Shown piece after piece: positions 24,026 to 35,200 of a DNA stretch of 64,000 nucleotides. Each line of letters begins with the position of its first letter. The stretch's first letter is position 1. The DNA is from Selaginella moellendorffii (taxonomy: Eukaryota > Plantae > Lycopodiophyta). Location: positions 1 through 64,000 of the forward strand of contig NW_003314377.1 in assembly GCF_000143415.4 (NCBI RefSeq), given 5' to 3'. A program made the position numbers and the translations under genes. The notes under the pieces were generated by a model. The model had not been told where the DNA came from, searched no databases, and worked only from the letters and a program-made list of their open reading frames with translations.

Positions 24026-27000
24026 TTAATGAATCTCACCTTGAACCCGGGTTATGAATGCTCTTGCTGCATCTCTTGCATGGTCTGGCAAGGTGATGGT
24101 GGCACTCTGCTTCCGCATCCAACCATGCACAACATTATCCACCGATATGCTCATGCTGGGATCCCTTGGATTCAGCACCCATCTCTTTTCTAGGCAATCC
24201 TTCGTATATCCGGAACTTGGCTTGAACCACTCCACAGTTACATTGAAGGAGTTAGTTTCCGCGTCCTCCTCTGCATCAGTGATGCAGCGCCCCACCCATA
24301 TCATTTGTTTTTTATTACTGGGTCTGACAAGCACGACCATTCCTTTGCAGACCTGTACTGGATTGAATGCTGAATCCGGCTTCTTGTTCCTCGGCCCACA
24401 ATAGTGATCCTCAACATCGTTATCTGTCACTGCATTTCCAGAGGACATTGTTCCGCTACTATCTGGTGCTCTGGGTTCTGGCCAAAAGGACTCTTCCAAT
24501 TCTTCATATACAACCGGCCCATTTTGGATAGCAGATATAATCTTCTCCCAGTATTCGAGCAAAGGCTTGCACCTCTTAAAATAGGATTCTCCACCAAACA
24601 CCAACCCCCTCTTCCAGAAGGCAATATGCTGTCTAATCCCGGCCACTATACTTTCCTGGTCTTTGAGTCCATCCGGGTGCATCGGCCGTGGGGAACCCTG
24701 AGGAATCATAGGTTCCCCAATTATGGGATCTCTCTTGAAGAGTTCAATGCCATCCACTGGCAGCCACACTGTGTCCCATTCTCTCATCTTGTACCTCATC
24801 ACTGGAGCACCGTCACGCATGCTGAAATGAAACTGAAGAGGCTTGGAGTGGCCAATCAGCGTTTCGGATCCGTCCCTGATGTAGCCTCTTACAAACCCCT
24901 TAAAGTCTGGAACCTCTGTCACAAGTGCAGCTTCAACAGTGCCTTTGATGCAATTTTGGAATTCATCGTAGAGTTGTGGGAGGGTGAGGACATTGGATCG
25001 CCGGAGGGACTCTGCCAGGTGACTGAACATGGCATCGACGTCTTCATGAGTGTGCCCAACCATGAGAAAGCCAAGTGTAACCGTTTCAAATATGCCTTTG
25101 GCAACAAGCATCGCCAAGTACGCGAAGACGTACATGTTTTTGTTCTCACTGCCAGCATTGTCTGTTTGGAGCAGAAGATGGGGTGGAAGGCCACATCGGC
25201 CGCAAGAACTTCCTTGAGATTCTGCTTCGTTTGGATGAGGCTGTGCATTCACCGGGCGACCAGCCTCGTCGTAATGGCATGAGGCCTCACGTGATAACCC
25301 TACAATCTGACGGCCAACATATTCACTAGGATGGCATGGGGCCCCACGCGATACTGCAAGCCTTTGCTCCTCCTCCAGCTGAACCCTGTATGGGGTTCGA
25401 TCGACAAGGGCCTTATGCAAGGGTTGGCCGTTCAGCTCAGTCTGCGCACTTTGCAGAGACCTTAAGTGTTTTGCTAAGGACGCAATCATCATGTTTGCAC
25501 CCCCGCCACCCCATAGAGGCACAAAGAAGTTCCCATAGTTCTGGGCACCATGCCCATGAGCGATTATGCCAAACAGAGACACAGGCAGCTGCATGGATGA
25601 AGAGATTGCCTTGGGGGCAGGATTGAGTCGAGGTAAGCACGTCTTTTTCTGATCCATTTTGTCGTGGATGATGCAGAGGTAAGAGTCAGGTCTCTCCATG
25701 GAGAGAATCCTGTTATGATAATATGCAGTCCTGCAGCTTCTCTGCTCGATGTTGTGGTCGAGCCGCCTTCTAACCAACGTCTCTCGCTCTTGAGCGCTGC
25801 AAGAATTCTTCGACAAAGCCATTTTGATAGCAGTGCACTCGTCACACTTTGAAAAGCTGGAGTACTTTCCTATACTCACATCCCTGAACCTGTTGCTCCA
25901 CAATCTACTAAATCTAGATTGGCTCAGCTTCCTGTAGCCATTACTCTGGAGTTCCCGATTCACATCTTCCAATATGGCCCCCTTGGTATACATGGAAGGG
26001 AGAACTCGTTGGGTGTCTCGTGTTCCATCTTCCAAGAGGCGGGTTTTATGTGGTTGCTGCTCGCTACATGTCTCGACAAACCTCTTGAAGATTGCCTCTC
26101 CATATACAACATGACCCCTGGTTTTGTGCGTACCGTTGTTCCCATGGACTGCCTGTTGAACCCTTTGTTCCTCGAACTCAGTTTTGATTCTGTAGAATGT
26201 GGTTCGAGGGACTCCATAAATGATTCTCCATGCCTTCATGCAGACCAAACCCCTCTGGAAGACCATGCCCCCCACCTGATGTTCTGAAGCATCAACAGAT
26301 GACCGTAATGCCTCATACACAAAATTGCGAGCTGCCTTCCAGGACAATGTCTTGTATCTTGCTCTCTCCTCTTCAATAGCATCCCAATCAGCATGTTGAC
26401 AGCACCTCCTCTTGCAACAAGCAACTGTCGAGACCATTCGAACCTCCATCGCCATTTTCTGCCTTTTCGGTTCGTTGCTCAGATCCCTTTGGCTGCGCTG
26501 TAGGAAGGTGTACTTTCTTTTCCCATGAAGAGATGTTCTGTCATCAGTTGTAGTGGTGTTTGATTGTGAATCCTTCACATTCTCAAACACTAAATGCCTC
26601 AATTTCCACCGCACAATGCTTCCAATAGTCAGACTGTTTTCTTCTGTGTCAACAACCTCTAAAATTGCAACTCCAATATCATCCCAGCCCAATTCTTGAT
26701 TAGCAACCGCATCTCTTGGATCGACAACTGTGGCTAAGCCCTCAGCTACCACCTCCCCCTCGGGGTTGTTTAGAAACACCTTTGCCTGAATCCATGTAGC
26801 ACGGTTCTTAAGATCCACGGAGGGAACATGCGTCGCACTTGCGCTGTCCCCAACATCTGCTTTCTTCTGAAGATTTTTCAAGGCAACAACAACATTTACC
26901 CCGACGACCATCTCTCCTCGTTCAATAGCGACCACATTCCCATCGAAGACAGTCTCTACTGATACAGCAGCATTGCCTTCCCCAAGCCTTTGACAGTGTA

Positions 27001-27094
27001 TAACAAAGTTCCGATCCATAGACACAAGGGTCCCTTTTGCAACTCTCTTCCCACCATTCAAAATGTAAACCTTTTCCCCAACCCTGAAGGCCAT
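24026..27094 (-). CDS. Intact 1022-aa DNA transposase-like protein (RNase H-fold DDD, probably Sola-like) with accessory terminal domains
   Basis: Motifs CCKRRCC, VCMKAWRIIYGV, HGN, FSKCDEC, IIHDKMDQKK, LLQTDNAGSENKN and FLMVGHTHEDVDAMFS. A splice acceptor (TTTCAG) lies just upstream of the ATG, so an upstream exon is possible. No TIR/TSD was found, and the superfamily call is tentative. Confidence 0.75.
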   Translation of the reverse strand: MAFRVGEKVYILNGGKRVAKGTLVSMDRNFVIHCQRLGEGNAAVSVETVFDGNVVAIERGEMVVGVNVVVALKNLQKKADVGDSASATHVPSVDLKNRATWIQAKVFLNNPEGEVVAEGLATVVDPRDAVANQELGWDDIGVAILEVVDTEENSLTIGSIVRWKLRHLVFENVKDSQSNTTTTDDRTSLHGKRKYTFLQRSQRDLSNEPKRQKMAMEVRMVSTVACCKRRCCQHADWDAIEEERARYKTLSWKAARNFVYEALRSSVDASEHQVGGMVFQRGLVCMKAWRIIYGVPRTTFYRIKTEFEEQRVQQAVHGNNGTHKTRGHVVYGEAIFKRFVETCSEQQPHKTRLLEDGTRDTQRVLPSMYTKGAILEDVNRELQSNGYRKLSQSRFSRLWSNRFRDVSIGKYSSFSKCDECTAIKMALSKNSCSAQERETLVRRRLDHNIEQRSCRTAYYHNRILSMERPDSYLCIIHDKMDQKKTCLPRLNPAPKAISSSMQLPVSLFGIIAHGHGAQNYGNFFVPLWGGGGANMMIASLAKHLRSLQSAQTELNGQPLHKALVDRTPYRVQLEEEQRLAVSRGAPCHPSEYVGRQIVGLSREASCHYDEAGRPVNAQPHPNEAESQGSSCGRCGLPPHLLLQTDNAGSENKNMYVFAYLAMLVAKGIFETVTLGFLMVGHTHEDVDAMFSHLAESLRRSNVLTLPQLYDEFQNCIKGTVEAALVTEVPDFKGFVRGYIRDGSETLIGHSKPLQFHFSMRDGAPVMRYKMREWDTVWLPVDGIELFKRDPIIGEPMIPQGSPRPMHPDGLKDQESIVAGIRQHIAFWKRGLVFGGESYFKRCKPLLEYWEKIISAIQNGPVVYEELEESFWPEPRAPDSSGTMSSGNAVTDNDVEDHYCGPRNKKPDSAFNPVQVCKGMVVLVRPSNKKQMIWVGRCITDAEEDAETNSFNVTVEWFKPSSGYTKDCLEKRWVLNPRDPSMSISVDNVVHGWMRKQSATITLPDHARDAARAFITRVQGEIH

Positions 27095-27539
27095 TCTGAA
27101 AGTGCAGAAAAGAAGTTAAGACCATACAAAAAATGATTGGAGAATGGCCTAAATCATAACATACCAAACAACCTCAATAGCATGAGGCCACATGCCATTA
27201 TTCAAACATGCTATTGACACCCACATGAAATTTCGCATTCACAAAATTGGCATGAGGCCTCATGCCATCTTGATATAAGGAGATGCTATAACAGTTATAG
27301 CATCTCCTTTAATATTGTCTCCATCCTAAAAACCCTCATTATTTTTTATCTCCTATAGTTTGAGTTGGTGAACCTAGCAATGGATTGAAAGTAGCATTGA
27401 TTGAACAATTTTCCCTTTCTTTAAGTATATTATTATCCTTTTCTAATTTCAATTTCTCACATTTCTTTGTATGAGTTCTGAAATGCTAGCTGTCAAGATC
27501 CTCATTCTGTTTTGCATTTATTGTTCATCTAACATTAGC

Positions 27540-27725
27540 TTCATCTATCATGATTAAATCTACTCTTCCCTTCAAGTATGCCAACTTCAAAGATGTTTGT
27601 TGACAAAAGGAGAGCTAACATTTTGCCATCATATCAATCTTGTAGAGGGGAAATCACCACTATTTTATCTTATCTACAATCTTTCATCAATAGAGTTATA
27701 AGTGTTATATAGGTATATTTATTAC
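27540..27725 (+). mobile_element. Degenerate Gypsy pre-RT fragment
   Basis: KYANFKDV / KRRANILP / LIYNLSSIEL*VLYRYI resembles the Ty3 segment just upstream of RT. Confidence 0.5.
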
Positions 27726-27728
27726 AAA

Positions 27729-28400
27729 TGTGTCTGTACAGTATCAAAAGTTATATATTGGCTTGTCTTTTTGAATATTCTCCTTTTATTACCATGATAG
27801 TAGAAGATTGGTATTTTTGGACTCTTTATCAATCTCTACCTAAGCTAGTTGAGAAACTAGTTAGTAAATGTGTGCTTAGACTGGAAGAACACTAAGGACA
27901 GAAATCTTAAACTATTATTTAATCAAGTATATTTGATATAGTGATGAGAAACTTATATTATTATATTACACTTGGTAATGTTATGAACCCCCATAATCCC
28001 TCAATATTCCCTTCATTGAGGAGGCAAATGGGGCTTATGCAAGGTTCTAAATATATAATAAAGAGAATGGGTAAGTAGGGCATGGTTGAGCAACTTGATA
28101 TATTGTCTAGCGTTTTGCTAAGTATATTTGTCTTTATTTTATATCTAGTTTAGGTGTAAGCCCAAACTCCATACTATGCTAGCTAATGGGGTACTTATAT
28201 CCTTGTGTATAGGCTATTTGTATGTTGAAATAATATCAAATTTTGTTTAGCTTTCTTTTGCATGCTGATTTTGATCTTAAAAGCTTTAGGACTATTCTAA
28301 TATTGTTCCATGTTCATATTCCTTAGTGATCATATTTTGGAGTTGATTTTTCATCTTGGTCATATTTTTAAGAGTTGTAGATTTCTATTGACAATGTCCA
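27729..28400 (+). repeat. Old, diverged family B LTR fragment
   Basis: ctagttgagaaactagttag...cttagactggaag...actaagga and gtaagtagggcatgg...taagcccaaactcc match family B LTR segments. Confidence 0.7.
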
Positions 28401-28469
28401 CTTAAGCCTGGTCTTACACCACTTTATGGCTACATCAGTGGGTGATGATATAACCCTGAGGAGTTTAAG

Positions 28470-30212
28470 GCTAGATTAAACACAAATAAACCAATGGGGT
28501 AATTTAGTGAAGTGTTCAAGAATTAGCTTTAACTCCCCTAATATATTAGATGGTTAATATTCCCAATTTAAGTGTGGTTGGCACTACCTACTTGGATACA
28601 TTGTGTGGCTCATCAAAACCTCACTCTAGCCATATGGCTAATGCATTCTAATGGTAAAAGATGGGGAGAGTACTCATAAGGCTTGTATTGGGCCGTGGTG
28701 TTTTGAAATGTCATCCTTGAGTTCTTGACTATGGAAAGAAAGAGGAGTGCTTTTTGCTTAGTGACCAAAAGTATGGTTATATGGTGAAGAAGGCCCACAA
28801 AGTCAATAGGATTTAGTGGTTGGGCCTTTAGGCCTTGACCCAGTGGCAATGTTAGGCAAACATTGCAATTGACAGAAAGGGATTTAGTGGGGGCCAAAAA
28901 AGGGATATTGAGGGATGGTGTCCTTTATGTATTGGGGCATTATAAGGATGTTAAGGTGCAATCATGGGATGATCACTTGTAGATGGATGGCCTAGTCTTA
29001 GAAAGACAAGACTGTGTTACAAGTGGTTTTGAACTACCAATAGGACAAGGGTGAATGGATATAATAGATTGAAATGTTAATGGTACTTTTAGATGTCGGA
29101 ATTGAGATCGAATACATAGAATATTTGGACTAAGTGCTAAGCCAATGTGGTCTTGAGATTACATCTGGGGGTAAGTAAGTACCCTAATGCAGATAAGGAC
29201 CTATGAAGGTTATGAGTGAGACTCTTTAAAAAAGTCATAGGTATGGTTATGTGACTAAAGTAGAATGGAAAAATTAGTCCCTTATAACACATTTGGATTA
29301 AAAGTTTTGACTCAAACAATTGAGAATAGAAGTGGAACTTCCAAATAAGCATTTAAGGGACAAGCACAAAGATATCAAAAAATAAGCACAAAGTGATTAA
29401 TAAACAAATCTTTAAAAAGGGACAAAAGAATGATTAATATATGCCAAGTATTATGACATGTGGAAGTGTTGAGATTGAAGTCCTAAAACCTAAGAGCTCA
29501 AAGTGGAATGATCTTGGAATCAATTTACCCTATCAAGAAACTGAATGTTTGAAGTTTCAAATATAGAGATATCTAGGGCTTGATATATCCAGGGTTGGAT
29601 ATCTGTGGTATATTAGGGGGAGGATTCTAAGGCAATTAGTATGACTAAGGAAGGTTATATTCATAATATGAACACAAGGGAATTTAAGGCTAAAGTGAAT
29701 ATGGATGGACAAATAGATTTAATGAAGTGTTTAAGAGTTGACTCTAGCTCTTTTAGAAGATTGAATAATCAATGCTCCCAATCTAAATATATCTGACACT
29801 ACTTATTTAGATACTTTGACTCAAGAAAACCTCACTTTAGCCATGTGGCTAATGTTATTAAGACTTAGTAGATGGGCATTTATGACTTGACCTAGTAGCA
29901 ATATTTGCAAGCATTTAGTGGGGATTGAAAAAAGGATATTGAAAGGATAATATTCCTTTATATCTTAGATCATTTTAAGATGCTAACAAGTGGTTATAGA
30001 ATAACCACTCGCAAATGAATGGTTTGGTTTTATAGGTGGTATAAGTAGTCTTGGATTACCAATGAAACAAATGAAAATGGACATGATTTTAGCATAAGAT
30101 GTTAGTATGATGGTGGTACTTTTGGGTGTTTGATATGAAACTTGGACATATGGAGCACTTAGAAATAGCCAATCAGTGACTAAAATAGAATGGAAAATTT
30201 AGTTTCTTATAA
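28470..30212 (+). repeat. Two old family A LTR fragments (~28470-29290 and ~29650-30212)
   Basis: Reverse-complement matches to the family A LTR, each ending in the ...AGAATGGAAAA(A)TT(T)AGT..CTTATA terminus-like motif. Confidence 0.7.
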
Positions 30213-30901
30213 AAGGTTATGTTCTTTATTAACTCACTTGGAATACATAAGTTAAACATTTTTTAGTTTGAATAATATATTGGGATCCCAATAAAATTAA
30301 AGAGTTTATATTTGATCAAGAGAGCAAGGTTCTTAGAAGAGCTACAGCTTTTAATGGAGAGTTGCAGATTTTAATGTTCATTAATACCCTTTATTCATGA
30401 GGTTTCATCACCCAAATCTTAATTTTTATTCACACCCTCTGTTCACCAGGTTTCATTCATGCCCTCCATTCATGGAGGCCCCTTAAACAAAATATATAAG
30501 AGACTAAGAAGCCACTGAATTAAGTTAATCAACATTTAATAATAGTCACCTTTAGGTTTACTAGTACTGCTGCAAAACTTTTCCACTAAAGGGCTTAAAG
30601 ACAAGCATGTGTTCGGTGATCAAAAACTTTTGTTGCACTTGGTTCCGAACTTTAAGAATGTGGTTATTGTAAATGACAATAGTGATTTCTTTTTCAAGGG
30701 AATGGCTTTTCCTTGTAATGAATTGAATGTATATAAAATTTTATCAGAATTCTAGTGATCTCACAGCTAAGATAACTTTATTATACCATTTTTTTCCAAG
30801 CTAAATGAATGGAACCATCACAATAGTCTTTACTTTTGTTTTCAATTGACGTTTTTCTAAATGTTTTTGGAGTTGAAAAAAGAATCGTCTGGTTTCTTTC
30901 T

Positions 30902-31712
30902 TCATAGCCAGTCAGGATGATTTGGAGGAATGGTCACCGAGTTAGCGTCGAACATCTCAATGAACTGCATCAAGAGATTTGTTGCACCTAGACAATGGAA
31001 AGCTTGAAGACACAATTTAGAGGCTTGGTACCTGCTCATTAAGGATCCGTACTTTGCTGGTTGTGTACCTGCGGTGCTCTTCAAATATCGACGTCAAGTT
31101 CCATCTCTGGAGCTTTCTAAGACAGCCTATTACAGTTCCTGCCAGGCGAAAGACTGTTAATCTCATCGGTTACTCGGGTTTTGAAAGAGATCGCGTAGTC
31201 ATACCGGTGGTGTTGCGTCCCTGCTTGCACATAACATGCAAAGGATAATTCTCCGGACGCAGTATCACCTAGAAAAAACAGAGAGAGCAGGATGACGAAA
31301 GTGTAACGAAGGAAAAAGGAACAAACGAAATTTTAAAGTACTGAAACTGACCTCCAATGCAGATAGTACCTGAGCTTCGGACAGCGATCCCGTCGTTTCA
31401 GCCGCTGTCGTGCTGCTGCTTTGATGAGTCCTTCGAAAATGTATGCCTTGTTCGTCGAGAAAGCTCAAGCTACAGAGGAAGAACGAATGAAACGAACGAG
31501 TGTTAATGCAGCAAAAACAAAAAATCGCTTTTGTCCTATCGCACACAAACCACTCACAATTGCTGCGATGGTTCGTCCTGTGAGAGATAGAGCACAGTGC
31601 GCAAGTTGAGGCGCTCTAGAAAAGGAAAATTGAGCTGATGAACAACACCTGATCTTGTGAGATCGTACTCCACCATGCCATAGTTGAGAGGAGGAACAAA
31701 GTAGCTGCTCAT
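30902..31712 (-). CDS. PFA-DSP/Y_phosphatase2-family protein, Oca1-like, 5 exons; P-loop CKQGRNT lacks the CX5R arginine
   Basis: Spliced product is [22 protein letters not shown]...[25 protein letters not shown] / [12 protein letters not shown]...VLSALE / [21 protein letters not shown] / [25 protein letters not shown]...RILNEQ / [20 protein letters not shown]. Introns are GT-AG. Confidence 0.85.
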
Positions 31713-31952
31713 GTCACTCGCGAAGGAGACACTGGAGAGAGGCTCTCAGCACTCGAGAACACGGCTACGGATCATCGCCTGCAAATCTGAGCGGCAAGAC
31801 GAACGAGAAACGAACAGGAGAAGATGAAGAGGGAAAAAAATAAGAGAAAAGAAGTGCAGTAGTGGATATTCCAGAAAGGATATGCGAAGATACTCTCAAT
31901 CGCACACGCTCATCGCTTGGCGATTCTGTTCGCCATCGCACATCTGGTCTGT

Positions 31953-34043
31953 TCAGTTCATCCACAGCTTGAGCACTCGATCCTTTCCACCCGATGCGAC
32001 TTTTTGGCCGTCGGGGCTCCAATCCACGGCGAAAACCTGCACAGGAATGTTTTGCTAGTAAGCATCCCTTGCAGCTTTGAAGAGATACCTCGTCGGCATG
32101 ACCCGGAAGATCCTCCAGAAGTTTATGGTTTCTCATGTTCCACACCTGTTTCCGAAATGGTGAGGATATGAGAGTGAAAAAAGAACGCCAACCTTCAACG
32201 TAGAATCCTTGCTTCCACTTAGTAAAAGCCGGCTATCAGCCGACCAACTGATTCACCTCGTTCAACACATAAGAAGATCGACAAGGAAGACGAAAAACAA
32301 AGAGACCTTATCTGATAAACCGGACCGACATGTCCGCGGAAAGTTGTGACGTACTCTCCGGTGTATCCATTCCAAAGCTTGACGGACTTATCAAAGGATG
32401 CACTGGCAATCCACCGGCCATCAGGCGAGAAGTAGACGTGATTGACAAGCTGAAAACATGGAGCAGCATCACAACCAAGACGCCAATGATGAGAACGTTA
32501 CCTGTTGATGGCCAGACATACGCGTCTTTGGATGCTTGCCAGTTGCAGGCTCCCATAGGTACATTGTAAAATCGTCCGAGCCTGAAACGAGCCTTTCTTG
32601 GGAGTCACCCTTGGCGGCTTTGTATCTTTTAAACGCGGCCTATGAAACCACCGTGAGAAACAGATAGAAGAGTGTCGCAGTAAGTGTTACCTCTTTGATC
32701 TCTTCGTCTGTTGCAAATGTTCTTCCTGTGTGATCGAATGGTCCAGTCCTTAGAGCATACTCCGTGCTTAATGCTAATGTGTTAACCCAGTGAGCATGAC
32801 CCTGTCAATGTCACAGTAAGAGATCACAAGCAGGGCATCCCTCCAACTTAAGCACCTCGCAAGAGTTTAACCTTTAATTCTCTGACGAGTTTTCCTTGAG
32901 TTGTCTCCCAGACCTTGATTGTACAGTCCTGTGAGCTGAAGGCCATTCGATAAGAACATAAGAAAACGTAATATACATCAAAGTGACATACGCACCTTGA
33001 GTAAATCAATCCATCGCCTCCCCATTTTACACAAGTCACAGCCCGTGTATGTCCCGAGAGGCAAAGAACAGATTTCCTTAAGGAAGAATCCCAAACACGA
33101 ACGTCTCCATCTTTGCTTGCACTAGCGAAGCGACGGCAAGGGGATTGTATGTGAGCTGGTTCCCAAGTCAGCGCTGTAATCCAGCTCTTGTGCCCCTGGA
33201 ATGAGAAAGAATGAAGAGAAATGTTTCATTTAACTAGTACCACAGTACGATTCTTACACTTAACGAATTTCCCAATGCTTTTCCAGTAAACGGATCCCAG
33301 ACATGGATGCCACCATCTTTGCTCGCACTAACAAGTTTTCTGCCATCGGGAGACCACGCAATGCAAAGAACCCAGTTCTTATGACCTGAAAGGAAGAGAC
33401 TGTGAAGGAGAACCAAGCAAGTAAGAAGCATCTTGCCTTTGCATGTATGAAGAGGTGTTTGAGTAGAAATGTCCCAAAAACGAACAGATGCATCTCCGGA
33501 ACCACTGGCAAGATGCTTGCTATCAGGGCTGAATGACACGGACAAAACTGCCTCGCTATGGCCTGGAAAAACTACTAAGTTTGATTCGAAAGAACTAACA
33601 CTTCGCACCTGAGATGGTCGCTGAGCAACGCGTAACCGGGCGGATCCGGAAGATGGCTTGCGGGTGGTAAACTATCTGCAGATCCTTCTCCACAGATACT
33701 GAATCCCAAAAGAAAATGGAGCGTTGCTTCTTGAAACTATTTCGATTCTAGATAGAGAGCACCTTTGTTTCGAAGTACGTGTTCTCCGAGCTGTCCAACG
33801 AGCTCGAGATCGTTAATATAAAAGGCGTATGGGAGCGGCTCTTCCTATACAAACGAAAACGAATAAGAATTACACGAAGGAAGCGAAAGAAAGAAAGAAT
33901 GCGTCGCTCACATTGTGGAGAACAGTGTTGATGAGCGTCTGGAGCTCCTTCGGCGTGAGATTCTGTGGCACATCCAAGCGCTCCAGCGCCTTGCCATCGG
34001 CATTCACGAACACGCAGATGATGTTATTCACTGGAGCCTCCAT
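31953..34043 (-). CDS. NLE1: Notchless homolog (NLE domain plus WD40; 60S biogenesis, Rsa4), multi-exon
   Basis: MEAPVNNIICVF...LTPKELQTLIN / EEPLPYAFYIND / YHPQAIFRIRPVTRCSATISGHSEAVLSVSFSPD...LASGSGD...WDISTQTP / GHAHWVNTLALSTEYALRTGPFDH / RLVSGSDDFTMYLW / LPGHADEVFAVDWSPDGQKVASGGKDRVLKLWMN*. Confidence 0.95.
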
Positions 34044-34048
34044 CGAAG

Positions 34049-34075
34049 AACCCTAAATCTCTCCTTAAACCCTAA
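34049..34075. promoter_or_regulatory. Two telo-box-like motifs in the 202-bp head-to-head spacer
   Basis: AACCCTAA at 34049 and AAACCCTAA at 34067. Telo-boxes are typical of plant ribosome-biogenesis genes. Confidence 0.55.
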
Positions 34076-34245
34076 AACATTTAGCTTGTTAGACGATCGC
34101 AACGCGGCGCTCGGCGGAAGCGATCCTTCTTCTTGGAGCAGCGCCGCTTCCATCAGATGGATGCTTACTTATCAGGTAAAGAAATTCCAAAATCTCCTCG
34201 TTTTATTTTTCCCTTCCATCTTGGCTAAGGTGCGTGTGAGCGGCG

Positions 34246-34527
34246 ATGGCGCTCTCTCTCCAATTCCCGGTCTCCACGCCCCGGCAAGCGTCGCTGGAGA
34301 TTTCAAAGCTAACGCCCGGCTACATTGCGTCGTCCTTCTCCTTGCGATCTCCTTCCACTTCTTCGCTCCATTCTCTCGGCACAAGCAGCGGCATTGCCAC
34401 GGCCGTGAAGAAGAGCTCGAGAAGATGGAGAGCAGCGAAGACGGTCGCGATGGCGGCACTCGCTAACGAGGTGTCGAATCGCAAGGTACTGATTGTCAAC
34501 ACCAATTCCGGTGGACACGCCGTGATT
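34246..34527 (+). pseudogene. CSP41A: 5' fragment of chloroplast stem-loop binding protein CSP41a
   Basis: A Ser-rich transit peptide is followed by KVLIVNTNSGGHAVI. The expected GFY... continuation is absent and a stop follows at 34540-34542. No downstream CSP41a exons were seen. Confidence 0.8.
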
Positions 34528-34759
34528 GTATTGTATCCATAAGTTCCGAGTGCTTGTTTGGTGATTGTGCCGCTGCTTCTTGAGCATGAGGCTGGTTTCT
34601 GAATGGGAGATACGTAATCACTCTAAACAAATAAGTGATATCGAAGACAAGATTTTAAAAACGAGGGAAAAACTTACTGGACCGGGCATGACATTCGCTC
34701 AAAGAGAGTGGCCGCTACATAAATCTTTCTAGGGTTAAGTCGAGACCAGGTGTAAGGTT

Positions 34760-35200
34760 GATCTTCTCCATTACGAAAGCGAAGAGGCGGGAGGTTGGTA
34801 GCGTGTCATGGAATGCGATGCCTACTGTATATGCCGTAAATGGGCATCTGGATGAGACCATGGCTGTGTATGAGAATATGCCAGCTCTCGCTAGGCATTT
34901 TGGTCTCTCCCCGAGAGACATGTGGTTTCTTGAGAGCGATCGTCCTCAAGAATCGGTCGGGCTCTTCCGGGAGATGGATGTCGATGGCGTCGCTCCAAAC
35001 CGGATCGAGAAACCAGGAAAGAACTTCGCACGCGCTCATCGCCTCGCTGCGCCGGACGCAATGATCCTGTATGGCCGATGCGGCAGCTGCGAAAAGTCCT
35101 TGGAAATCTTCCACCAGATAGAGGAGCCACACGATCCAGGCAGGCGCTTGGAATTCCGATCAGATCGCGATGCTGCGCCACATCGCGGCGACGCGGAGGA
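34760..35200 (+). pseudogene. PLS-class PPR fragments
   Basis: VSWNAM..VYAVNGHLDETMAVYENMP, ESVGLFREMDVDGVAPNRI and LYGRCGSCEKSLEIFHQI, with deletions between motifs. Confidence 0.75.

Noticed and set aside
24404-25282. 292-aa plus-strand ORF and other antisense ORFs over the transposase, gag-pol and SMI1-like genes
   Set aside because: Shadow ORFs with no motifs.
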